Both the position numbers and the translations under genes were made by a program. DNA of 63,684 bases, counting the filler, from Globobulimina sp. (Eukaryota): assembly GCA_003354225.1 (NCBI GenBank). It is 29 parts of 29 records of this genome, joined end to end, with 100 filler letters (N's around TTAATTAATTAA, not from the genome) between each part and the next. Parts side by side here need not be neighbours in the genome. Positions count along the whole stretch, not along the records: positions 24,204 to 26,303 come from PIVH01009000.1; positions 26,404 to 28,503 come from PIVH01009001.1; positions 28,604 to 30,703 come from PIVH01009002.1; positions 30,804 to 32,902 come from PIVH01009003.1; positions 33,003 to 35,101 come from PIVH01009004.1; positions 35,202 to 37,300 come from PIVH01009005.1; 23 more parts are not named here. The stretch is one strand, 5' to 3'. The notes below the pieces were generated by a model that saw only the letters and a program-made list of their open reading frames with translations, was not told where the DNA came from and did not search any database. Below are positions 24,204 to 36,313 of the stretch, piece after piece; within the stretch, counting starts at the first letter, position 1; each line of letters opens with the position of its first letter.

Positions 24204-25617
24204 TGGGAATGGGAAATCTTCAGGTTGAGTTGGCCTTTTCCAGAGAAAGTCAATATATACATCTACGGGGTAATGCCAAGCAAAGGGATCAGATTTATGA
24301 CTACCTATTAATAATTCTGTAGATAATCTATCGTTTTCTAATAATATAATCTCTTGATCGTCATCTATATGTTCCATTTTTTCCTCTCTACTTTCACTTG
24401 GTGTGGATGTATATTTCGCAATATGATCTGCCAACTTACGTTTCAAATCCAGAATCTCATGGTTGTTCTCTGTCACTCTAGCTTTCATATTGGTTATAAT
24501 TTCTTCTTGTTTTTGGACCGTGATATATGAAGCATATTGTTTTTGTCCTCTCTCTATTTCGCAATCTAGAGCTGCTTTCATTGTATTCAACTCATTCGTA
24601 ATATGTTTCAATGCTTCGCCATATTGGGATGTTAATTCAGTTTCAGTAGCGCAATTGTGATCTTGAGCTTGAGCAATATGGAATTCGTAATCTGATATAT
24701 GGGTACCCATCATTGTCTCTACATTTGTTGTGAAGTTATGAGTTTTCTTTTGGTCTAATATATTTTTGCTAATAAAAGCAGCATTTACGGTCGCAAATCT
24801 AGTTAAATTAACGACGTTTAACATAGAGCTATAACACATACCGCATAATTTATCCGTAATCTCAATGAATAAAGCATGGATATTATTAAATGCTTCATAT
24901 AGTTCTGTACCGTGATCTAATTCCGATTGAGTTTTATTGAGTCCCGTAATCTGAGTTTTATATTTATCTAACATATCCGTTATATAACCTCTCAGATTTT
25001 TCACGGCATCTAAATCTTGTTTCAGATATATAGACGAAGTTTTTAGACAAGCTTTTCTCTCTACTGGGAATTTCTTTTCTACGTCATCTACAAGTTCAGA
25101 TCTCTCTATGTCGTTATCTTGATCTTCCATTGAGAAATTTAAAGTTTCCGATGATTTCATAACTCCTTGGTCGAAAGTCGATATAGCGTCATCTATATCT
25201 TTCATTTTAGTGTCCTCGTCGTTATCTACGTTATCTAACTCTTTGACATCGTCAGGTTTATCCGTCATATCTGAAATATTGTTCTTAGTGAAAATATGTC
25301 TATCATATACCGTATCTCTTTCATAGGTAACTCGGCATGAAGTATTTGCCGTATCTACTAAATCTGATATATCTAATTTTTGAAAAGATTTAGATAGATC
25401 TACTGGTGTTTGATCGGTATTATGGGCAATATTATCGTCATCTAAAATCAAACCTCGAGCTACGGTATCTAGTAAATTTTTCTCTAAATTTAATTTAATC
25501 TGAGATATAGTCTTTTTTGCCGATTGTTTTTTACGACCTTTTGTCACGATTTTTGGCAATTTTTTACCCTCTAACACGTTACGTGATCTATTAGGGGAAT
25601 GTTTCCCTTCACTCATA
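24204..25617 (-). CDS. Coiled-coil protein, possibly Gag/ORF1 of a retroelement (likely start MSEGKHSP), 3' partial
   Basis: Long intronless ORF with basic N-terminus and coiled coil; codon style (many TTA/GAT/GTA) differs from neighbouring contigs. Confidence 0.4.
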
Positions 25618-26208
25618 ATATATAATAATAAATTAATAATAAAAAATACCTCCTTGATGCAATCTTTTTCTTCCTCTTTTATTTCTCCTTTTATTCTCCA
25701 GTTCGGAAATTGAGGTCGGGTCGGGAAATTCTTCTTTGAAATCGCTTTTTGAAGGCCGCAAAACAAATTAATAATAGCTTTGTTGGGGGACGCACTCCAA
25801 AATGATGAAAAATGAGAAAACTTTTTCTTCGCGGTTGTGGTACCGTATATTTGGTTCAATAGTTTACGTAAAAATGTTATATATGGGTTACGGTATATAA
25901 AGTTTATCCAATGTCGTGGTGTAAAAATAGAATTAATTTTAATTCTAGATAACGCTCTATATCTAGTACGCTCCATGACGCATTTTGACGCTCTGTGGTG
26001 CGATTTTACCGATCTAATATTGCGCCCGCTATATAAATGTGTTCGGGTTTTGAACATTTTCGCATTTTGTTTATCGTGATATGTTATACATTTTGTAGCC
26101 CCTTCGAAATCATAATTTTCCTCCATCGGCTCTACCTTAATATTCTGTTTATCTATATGAATATCTTTCTTTTGTGGTATTGTGAAATTTTTATTTTCAG
26201 TTTGAAAT

Positions 26209-26303
26209 AGAAGCATACCAAAACCTATAGAAGCATACCAAAACCTATAGAAAACATGTGGAAACCTAACAAAACATATAGAAAGCTATAGAAAAACTAT
26301 AGA
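26209..26303. repeat. Degenerate ~20-bp tandem repeat (AGAAGCATACCAAAACCTAT)
   Basis: Two exact and several degenerate copies up to the contig end. Confidence 0.8.
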
Positions 26304-26403
26304 NNNNNNNNNNNNNNNNNNNNNNNNNNNNNNNNNNNNNNNNNNNNTTAATTAATTAANNNNNNNNNNNNNNNNNNNNNNNNNNNNNNNNNNNNNNNNN
26401 NNN

Positions 26404-28503
26404 ATAACCAGTCTATAAATTTAACATTGCCGCACTCGCAAGCATGGAATGCAGCGGACCAGCCATTGTTATCTACGATGCTGAAATCGGCATTCATCTT
26501 TTTCAATTTATTGAGCCCGCGATACATAAACTTTGTGCTGCTTTTGTTGTTGTGCTGTTTGGCAAATCGAAACACTGCGGTTTCGCCCCTCCGATTTGGC
26601 TCATTTATATCTGCGCCGTACGCTAATAACACCTCGAAAACATCATAAAAGCCGATCTCTGAGGCGAGAGATAAGGCGGTGTAGCCTTGAGATGATATAT
26701 TTTTTATTAATTGTTCCGAGCGATTTGATTTCTTCAAAAATGTCTCAACTGCGCTGACATCGAATAAACGGATCAGACCAAATAAATTATTTTCTAATGA
26801 GGTTTCTTTTTTGACCCATTCGCACACTAATTTTTTGTACAAAACTGGCGTGATTATGGTGCAGATATATGCTGTCAATATGATGATATATCCGAATTTC
26901 GTGTTAAATATAGAATTGTCTGACGATGTAACGCCGCAGCACTCGAATGCATAAATTCCGATGCAAATTATAATTAATTCAGAGATACTTTCTACAAATC
27001 GATGGATGAAATGTGTGAAAACCATATCAAATTTGAATGTTTTATGCAGTAAATACCAGCCAGATATCATAGTGACTATTTTTAATAATTTCGGCCGATC
27101 TGATTTATCGAAATCCGTTTTTAAGGTTAGATTTGGATGAACCACAACAAACGTACACATATTGCCCCATTCGTAGCCAATAATGCCTGTAATCTGCAGA
27201 AATAAATAAAACAATAAACCGACTTCCAACAATATCATCATATAAATCTCGCCAAATGCCACCCAAAATAGAGTCAAGGTCAATATCCTGGCGGTTGCCT
27301 CGGCGAAGCGAAATGTAAAACGGACCATATACTTCCAGTTAACGCACCACATCGTATGCTCCGTATCGGCCACATATTCATCCGGATTGTTATAGCAATT
27401 TGACAGTTCATGCATGGCGATCCAATGTTTATTATTATTGATGTTCTCGTCCTTTTCCTTTTCTTTCTCTGTTTTTTTCCTTTCCTTATACGATATCGAT
27501 TCGGTGGTTTTCTTTTTATTTTTCTTATTTTTTTTATAGAATTTGTCTCTCTTCGCGCTGCTCTTAAAATATGGCACTACAAAGGGCCACGCATCTAACT
27601 CGAAATGAGCCTCATCGTCGCGGGCCACACTAAAAGCAATACTCAACAGACTCGATGTGAATGATAATATAATCAATGTATCAAAAGCTGCAATCTCTCC
27701 GCCACCCAAATCACTTATAAACTGTTGCGATTTTAATAAAAACCCCAATTGTAACAAAGCTTGCGGAGCTGATTCAAAATCAAGCAAATATTTTTAATTT
27801 GGTTATAAATTGATATATAAACAGATTCAAAATATGATTAACTTGATTCAAATATGGCTTCCATTCTGCGAATCCATTTAAATTCGCGCGTGTATTGACA
27901 ATATTTATTTTTTAACGATCGATACGCTTCGATATATATCGTCAGATCCAAGAACTGAATGAGTCCCCATTGCCATCCAAACTGTCGCGCCAACACAATG
28001 GCACTCAGAAAGCGATAAAAAAAGATGGCCCCAAAGGAGGCAATGATCAATATCCAACTCTCTCCATTCTCCATCCAATTGAATATGACTCCAAAGTCCG
28101 TGGCTATGTCCCAGGCATGAAACAATGCACCGCCATACACCTGCGATGCATAGATAATATCCCACATAACATCGTTGCAGGTTATTTTTTTGACATTGGA
28201 GTATAACGGCGAGGAACGGGTCTTTTTCAACTGTGGTTTCTTTGGTTCCTCTTTCTTTTTGAATGGATTATGAAATTTCATGATCGAGGACCCGTCGTTG
28301 GATTTGGACGCTTCATCGTCAGATTCCAACTCTTCTTTTTTTTTGAACATACCAGTTAGGGCTATTAAGCTGTTTGTTTTTCGATGTGGGGCAGTGTCTT
28401 TTTTATTTATTTTGTTGACCGGCGCCGATTTCTTGCGGTCTTTTTTCTTTTTTTTGCTCTTTTTTTTCTTTTTTCTGTTGTTTTTTTTTTTTGTTAGTTT
28501 TAC
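26404..28503 (-). CDS. XK-family membrane protein with C-terminal ankyrin repeats (intron 27769-27842), partial at both ends
   Basis: WDIATDFGV, EAIFESTPQALLQL, SLLSIAF, RFAEATAR (XK-like); GYTALSLASEIG...GADIN, GWSAAFHACECG (ankyrin). Confidence 0.75.
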
Positions 28504-28603
28504 NNNNNNNNNNNNNNNNNNNNNNNNNNNNNNNNNNNNNNNNNNNNTTAATTAATTAANNNNNNNNNNNNNNNNNNNNNNNNNNNNNNNNNNNNNNNNN
28601 NNN

Positions 28604-30703
28604 ATTTTCTGGTATTTTTATATTGGGCATGGTCTTATTCATAATGCTTTTAATTAAATCTCTTTCTTTTAATGGTAAACGGTTAATAATTTTAAATAAT
28701 TTCTGTTGTTGGTTTGTGTCTAAAGGATGATTATCTGAGGTCGGATTAGAACATTTTATGGAACAAAATAATTTTATAAATGAATATATTCTCGTTATAA
28801 ACAGTATGAATGGCAATAATATACAGAATATTATCATGAGTGTGTACAATAAATGAATTACACACAAACATAAACAAATAATTAATGACAATAAACATAA
28901 ACATTCCATGTTGTTAATCCGTTTATGTTTAAAGGGCTTACATTTAATATGGAATAGAAAATAAAATATTAACACAATTATTAATATCAATGTAAAATAA
29001 TAACTATTGACATATTTAAATGTAATAAAGAAAGAAATAAGAAACCTTCGTGACAAAATAACAAATTCCCAATACCAATAATTATCTTTGTATGGATTTA
29101 TACCAAATATAGTACACTTTTTATAGCCGCATTTATAATATAATTTGTACCAAACAATCAGCCAAAACATTATAAATATGGTCAGTCCCATCGCCGACAA
29201 ATACCAAATCGAATCAAAACATTTATGATTGGGCGCATAAAAATGGATTAATAAATTACTACCAATCTGTTTGCAGGATAATAATCTAAAGAATCGATTA
29301 ATTACTGTACAGACACACAATAACAATGCGTTCCAGAACATGCTCAAAAAATTGGGTGAATATCTTTTTTTAAATCTTTTCAATAAATATATTGAACCAC
29401 CGCATTGTATAAATATGCAAATTATTCCAAGCGATAAAAACAATGAAAATGGCATAAATAATAACCATATCTCTTTACCCAACGCAGTTAAACCAGAAAC
29501 GAAACAAAAACCGCCCGCAGAATCAACACTATTTATACTTAAATCAATAGAAAATATTTGCAAAACCATAGATATCCAATACATGCCACCAGCACCATCC
29601 GCCACTGTATAATTGTATAAAATATATGCCATTGATTGATAAAAATAGGTCAATGGACGCAGCAAAGATGTCAATAATGCCTCAATATAGTCGTTAATCA
29701 TCAACTGCATATAATTAAAATCTTTAATATATCTTTTATCCGCATCATTATTCTGAAAATAATTCACTATCAATGAGACGCAAAGTGCATATAAGAAAGC
29801 AACAAGAAATCCAGTCAATAAATAAAAATAATAGCCATTGTGACATATTTTGCATGCGGCACTGCCATAAACCTCGGAATAACCAACTAAACATTCACCA
29901 CATAACATCGCTGAACTATCTCTATTCGCGGCACATAGCTCATTCCTATTAATCCTATATTTGTCTCTAGAGCTCGAGCTCGAGCTCGCCATCGTATAAT
30001 AACAGCCACCACGCAGCTGGCAACAAAAAAATGGTGGACACAAACTGGATATGATCAAGCCGCCATCACTAAATAAATGTTGCCATCTCGGAGAGCTGGA
30101 GAATCCAGACACAGTCAGCCAGGCGTTGTACTCAACTAAAATATGAGAGGATCCTTTGCATTCATAGCGACTGTTCACGTCGCCATCATTGGAACACGCA
30201 TGACATTTATTGTCATGTTGCAGTAAATTAAAATAATGTTTTGGACATAGTCCGCACTGCATTTCAGCATTTAATCCCAGGCCAATACCGCAGGCATTTA
30301 TATATATGGCAGTATGTGTGATGGGTAAAATAGTGTCATTTGAGGACAACAATAATAAATGTTTGCTGCTATTCAGAAATGTAGTTTGCATATTTGGTCT
30401 GATGCCATCATAACACGAGTTGCAATCTGTATCACTGTTGCAAATTAAACACGATTCTGCGGCATAATTGATCAATATTCTAGCATTAATATGCAATGAT
30501 TTACATCTTAATATGATAGAGGATGTATTCTGAGTGATTTGCTTATTATTAATATCATATTGTAATATCTGTATATTATCTCCAACAGTTATATCCGACA
30601 CAAAATGAATGGTTAAATTCATGAAATTCCTCCGCTTAATCATGTAACGCGTTTTTGTTAATAGTAAATCTGATGAGTTTACATGAATAGGATATAAAGA
30701 GTC
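28604..30703 (-). CDS. Cys-rich ectodomain plus multipass membrane protein, partial
   Basis: CPPFFCC, NRDSSAMLCGECLVGYS, YKDNYWYWEFVILSRR, PFKHKRINNME; many TM segments. Confidence 0.75.
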
Positions 30704-30803
30704 NNNNNNNNNNNNNNNNNNNNNNNNNNNNNNNNNNNNNNNNNNNNTTAATTAATTAANNNNNNNNNNNNNNNNNNNNNNNNNNNNNNNNNNNNNNNNN
30801 NNN

Positions 30804-31366
30804 AAGAAGGCATTCAAAAAGAAAAAGCGTCGAATTGAATGATATTAAATTCCATCAATGTGTACGATTAAATCAATTCGAACAAGACAGATCAATATCT
30901 TTTGTCCCTCCCGACGGCGAGTTTGAATTAATGCGATATAGAATGGAATTGAATGCACAAAGACCATTAATATGGGTCCAATGCCAAACGAATATTAAAT
31001 CTCATTCACGAATTGAATATTCAATCAAAATGAAATCTCAATTTAAAAAGCGATCGACGGCAAACAATGTTGAAGTTGTTATAGCGACACCGATCGATGT
31101 CGATTCTACAGTGTTCAAAACATCCATTGGTTGTGTTGAATATTTGGCGGATTGCAATTCAATGAAATGGAAAATTAAACACTTGAATGGAGAGCGAGAA
31201 TATATTATGAATGCACAATTTGGATTGCCGTCCGTTGGAAATCAAGATGCAAACATTGAGAAACAGCAATTAAATAAACCAATGGATATAAGTTTTGAGA
31301 TACCATATTTTACAGTGTCTGGCATTCAAGTGAGATATTTGAAGATTGTGGAGAAATCTGGATATT
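30804..31366 (+). CDS. AP1M: AP-1 adaptor mu subunit, C-terminal fragment
   Basis: DIKFHQCVRL..FEQDRSISFVPPDGEFELMRY, SQFKKRSTANNVE, FEIPYFTVSGIQVRYLKIVEKSGY. Confidence 0.93.
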
Positions 31367-31960
31367 GGCTTCAATACAATATTTTTGTGTTAGATTTTTA
31401 AATTGCAAACCCATCAATTCTCTGTGAAAACCTTTCAAGTAAAAAAAAACCATTTTGACAATTAATGGCTTCAGAAGGTGCATATATATATAACAAAAAC
31501 GGTATAATGACGTTTTTGAAATTGCATTTTGAAACAAAAATGATTATAAAACATGAAAATATATAGTGCGGCGCCACAAACAAAATAAAAAAGGTGGCGC
31601 CAAATAGTGTGGCGCAACAAAACCCAAAAGTGTGGCGCTACAAAATCAAACTAATGCTTTCAAAAAAAAAAAACTAAATTGCACAATGTAGACAGTAGTA
31701 ATGTAATTATAAGTAAGTATTAATTCGAAAAAGAGAAACAATATGACTTTTATAGAGAATACAAAAAAAATATAACAAAACAAAATAAAGAGAAGGGAAT
31801 GGAATGGAAGTAAATACAAAAAAAAAAGATAAAAAAACAATATTAATATTAAAAAAAAAACACAAAAAATAACAAGCAGTGATATGACTAAATAACAATT
31901 CTGATACAAACGCCAAATGACACAAAGGCATGCAATTCTAAATAAAAACTAGCCAAAATA

Positions 31961-32902
31961 CTAAATCAACGCAGAATAATCGATTTGTAGCTGTTGAAAA
32001 ATAGATTTCAAATCAATCATTCTGTTATTCTCAAATCTAATGATCTTGACCTGATCCACCAAAGCCTTCAATTTCGAGACGTATGCTTGTGTGGAATGTA
32101 TCAAATGCTTCACAATCCCATACGAAATATCATACGCTTTGTTACACTGTGTATCAATCAATGCATTTGCTATTTGCGTCAGTGTCAAGATCTTGTTTTC
32201 AATCAACAAAACTAATATTTTTGCCAACGAATGCAATGCCTTCGGCGTAGTGTCCAATATCTCATCAAAATAACATTCCGATAACATCTTGCATGCATTC
32301 ATGTAATTCTCTTCTTGCAATGTATTGTTATAAAACATTTGGCGCACAAATAACCGCTCAATTTCGCAGATATCATGCTGCGATTTCACATTATCCAACA
32401 AACCGTACGTTACATACAATTTGATGCAGACAGAGACGAATAAATCTTCCTTTTGCTCCGAGTCGCGATGCTTATGCAAATACAAAAAAGATTCTTCCTC
32501 ATTTCCAGTCTCTAAATACCTGGATATGATCGAAATGATTTCTTCTTCGTAATTTGGCTCAAAAATGGTGATCGTTTTAATGTCGTCGCCCTCATCGTCG
32601 TCAAATATATCGATATCTTCCGTGTAATTGTCCATATCGAACACGTCGATTCCGCCGCCACTCTCATCGTAGTATTGACAAAATAATGCGGTTTCTAAAT
32701 CGTCCAAGTTTTCCGTGTCATCTTCTGGCCCAAATAAAAAGGCCGGAACGTCATCGGAATTGCCACTTTCTTCCGTGGTCTCGCACCAAATCTCATCGTC
32801 ACTTGATTGGTAGTCAATGGTTTCACACTCTTTTTCGTCGTCATCTACGTCGTCTACCTCATCGTGGTCATGCTCAGACTGTTCATTATCAATGTCGTCG
32901 TT
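31961..32902 (-). CDS. MA3/HEAT-like (eIF4G C-terminal-like) domain protein with acidic linker, 5' partial
   Basis: IISIISRYLETGNEEES and DEILDTTPKALHSLAKILV resemble MA3 domain patterns. Confidence 0.5.
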   Translation of the reverse strand, partial: NDDIDNEQSEHDHDEVDDVDDDEKECETIDYQSSDDEIWCETTEESGNSDDVPAFLFGPEDDTENLDDLETALFCQYYDESGGGIDVFDMDNYTEDIDIFDDDEGDDIKTITIFEPNYEEEIISIISRYLETGNEEESFLYLHKHRDSEQKEDLFVSVCIKLYVTYGLLDNVKSQHDICEIERLFVRQMFYNNTLQEENYMNACKMLSECYFDEILDTTPKALHSLAKILVLLIENKILTLTQIANALIDTQCNKAYDISYGIVKHLIHSTQAYVSKLKALVDQVKIIRFENNRMIDLKSIFQQLQIDYSALI

Positions 32903-33003
32903 NNNNNNNNNNNNNNNNNNNNNNNNNNNNNNNNNNNNNNNNNNNNTTAATTAATTAANNNNNNNNNNNNNNNNNNNNNNNNNNNNNNNNNNNNNNNNNN
33001 NNA

Positions 33004-33132
33004 CAAATATGTTACAATGAAATTGTTGAGAGATTTCCGACCAATACAGATTATACAATATCAGCATCGGTTTTATTGGCTGACATACATGCTTTGTGTC
33101 ATGAGAATAACGAGTCACAAAAAGTGATTTGA
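33004..33132 (+). CDS. C-terminal end of a PPR protein with an E-motif-like segment
   Basis: QICYNEIVERFPTNTDYTISASVLLADIHALCHENNESQKVI* resembles the PPR E-domain pattern (VLLSNIYA). Confidence 0.45.
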   Translation, partial: QICYNEIVERFPTNTDYTISASVLLADIHALCHENNESQKVI

Positions 33133-33282
33133 TGATATACGAAGCAATACAAATGAATTGAAGTAAGTTTTGCAATACTGTTGAACCATGGCAACAAATT
33201 CGTTGTTGAATTGAATTGCCAATAAGCATTGTTTCTTGTTTGTTGACGTTTCGTCTCGTTGTGGACTGTACCATGTGTAACA

Positions 33283-34921
33283 ATGATGAGATGTTTGATG
33301 AAACAACAGCTGAAATCTAAGAAAATTGAGCATGATCAAAAGTTAATGCATTTATGCAAACAAGGAAAGCTAAATGATGGCATACAATTAATGAGCAAAA
33401 TGCTAAAGGAGAATATTCCATTGTCACATTATACATTATCCGCATTATTAAATGGTTGTATTTATAGCAAACATTATAAACAATATAAACTAGTTTGGAA
33501 TAAATGTGTAAATGATTATAACATAAAGCCAAATTTTATTTGTTATTTAACAGCAATTTGTGCAGCAAGTTATTGTGATGATGTAAGGGAAATAAATAAA
33601 TTGATATTAGAAATGAAAACAAATTGCAAACAATCAATATCAATCGAAATGAAACAAATCCATTGGAATCAGTTAATTGATTCATTTGCTCGCATTAATA
33701 ATGTTAATTTAATGTTAAACCAATACGAAAATATGAAATACTATAATTTTAATGGTGATAATTATACAATGTCAATTTTATTGAATACTTTCATTCGATG
33801 TTATGTTTATATATATTTCATTTCATTTTTTCCAGAAATTTCTTTGTGTAATTTTTATTTTACATTCAGGTCAACAATTTGATCATTTTCAAACCTTCCT
33901 AAATGAAATAATTTGCAATGGCGAGAATATAAATAAATATATCGATAATTATGTGTTTGCAGCAATGATTGATGGGATTATAAAATGTGGAAAAGCATAT
34001 TTAATATCGGATATTTGGAATAAGATGGATGGGATTCATAATAAGTTACAATTATTAGACATTAATTGTTATTGTTTGGCTATATTAGCATCGTACCAAT
34101 CAAACAATGAGTATTTAGTGGATAAATTTGTTTCGAAAATTAAAGAAAATTCATTACTGATAAACGAACTAAAAATAAACATTTTATGCTGGAATAAAAT
34201 ATTGACTGCATATGGGAATTTAAAAAATTATACTAAACTTTGGTCGCAATACAATGAAATGAAAAAATATTTAAATCCCGACATCCAATGTTTATGCATT
34301 ATGTTAACATTTGAAAACAGGGAAAAATATCAGTTAATTTTATTAAGTGAGACCAAAACATTTATAACAAATTGGAATGAATTAAAATTGACAAATTATG
34401 GTGAATTAAAAGGGTTATATCGTTCTGCTGTATGCTTAAATGATATTGAATTAAAAACTTTGTTGTGGGATATTTTGCAATTTGAAAGGGATTATGTCGA
34501 TGTTGAAACAAATTGTTATTGGAATGGTAGTAATTACTCATTTAATAATTTATATAACACAGAAAATGCAGAAAATAAACATATATTGAATTTAGTGAAT
34601 AAATTAATTAATAAAACAAGTCATAGAATTGATACAAGTAATTATTATGTTCAAATAGCATCGGATGTCAATACATATAAAATGCTAAAATATCATTCGG
34701 AAAAAAAAGCATTGGCTTTTTTATTGGATAAAATGGATAAAAATAATCATAAAATAAGAGGAACCATTTCAATGATGGTAAACATGCGAATGTGTACCGA
34801 TTGCCATGCATTCTTTTGTCGAGTTTCGCAATTTTATGCCAATGTAATGATAGTTTGCATCGATCCAAAAGCTAAACACATATTTAAAAATGGACATTGT
34901 TCATGTGGTAAACACAGATAA
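33283..34921 (+). CDS. PPR protein with C-terminal DYW-type cytidine deaminase domain (intron 33800-33869)
   Basis: PPR-like repeats (YTLSALLNGC, HWNQLIDSFAR, YVFAAMIDGIIKCG, CWNKILTAYG) plus YHSEKKALAF...NMRMCTDCHAF...HIFKNGHCSCG; the 70-nt GT-AG intron joins the two ORFs in frame. Confidence 0.9.
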
Positions 34922-35543
34922 TATCATTGTTCTGTGGTTCTATTGTTTGCCTTTCACTCAGTGCACAATTTGACGCAACTTCTTTAGAAATTTTAGCTGG
35001 ACAAAATGAAGAAAACCGTCAACTCCATCTAGAATATTGGCGGACTTGAACATGTTTACTGTTCCTCAAAGACAAAACGTATCAAGCAATAAAGCCATAC
35101 ANNNNNNNNNNNNNNNNNNNNNNNNNNNNNNNNNNNNNNNNNNNNTTAATTAATTAANNNNNNNNNNNNNNNNNNNNNNNNNNNNNNNNNNNNNNNNNNN
35201 NGTATTTACAATCAAAGAATATATTTTGGGACACCGCGAGCTGCGCCATTGATACGCATAATATTGATAAGAATGCATCTGCTGCCGATATAATATGGTT
35301 ACATCCAGACAGACACATCGCATTTGGACAATACATATTTATAAATGGCGGTGGCATATATTGAGACATTTTAATGCCAAAAAGGAATTATGTCTCTTAC
35401 AATATCAATCTAGCTGTTTATCCTTTCAATTTTGGATTCTTTCTGTACATATCAATTGATTGTTGATTGAATGTGATAGACCAATGAATGTGTGTTGTGT
35501 TGTATTGTCATTTGTGTGTTTGAAGTTTTTTTGTGAAGTGAGC

Positions 35544-36313
35544 ATGTCTGGCAAAAAACGTCGTTTATCGTCGAAATTCTCGACTATCGACACAAAGGAA
35601 TCAGATGAACCACCTTCTAAACGGCAAAAAATTACAAATCAACTGCTTGAAGAATTTCAAAATACATTACAAAATGACACATTTACTGATATACAATTTC
35701 TTGTCGGATTCGGTCCGAATCAACGGACATTTGATGCCAATATTTAAAGCGATGTTATTTGGACCAATGGCACAGTCAACAACCAAACCAATACAAATTC
35801 CCGATGTCAAACCGTTAGCATTTGATTATTTACATAAATTATTTTATTTATTTAAAAGAACCCCAATTAACATTTGATTTGGTGGTCGATGTATTATACG
35901 CTGCACAAAAATATTTAATCGATATTGTTATAAAAGAATGCAAACAAAAAATATATTCGGTAAACAATTTGAATGATTTGTATCTTATTTTATTATCATT
36001 TCAAAACTATGCACCCTCTGTGTTTGAAGCAATTGTTGTAAATTTCACACAAAATACGCAATTTATTAGTGATAATATAACACCATTTATTAAAGATGGT
36101 CGATTCATAAAATTACAACCATCCATTTATTCCATTATACAAAATATCATTGAAACGGAAACATTTCCGACAGAAACAATGAAATATGATTCAATTAAAG
36201 AATATTGCATTAAATATCAAAAATCAATGAAAACGGGGTATGATTCCTGGCAGTCATTGTTTAAAGAGAAGTTTTTAAAATATATTAAATTAAAAAAGTT
36301 ATCAACAGAATAA
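35544..36313 (+). pseudogene. BTB/POZ-domain protein, frameshifted
   Basis: FTDIQFLVG / IFKAMLFGPM...IPDVKPLAF / VLYAAQKYLI occur in successive frames. Confidence 0.7.

Noticed and set aside
25618-26216. N-terminal ~200 aa of the 686-aa ORF
   Set aside because: Composition looks like non-coding leader; the plausible start is MSEGK at 25617
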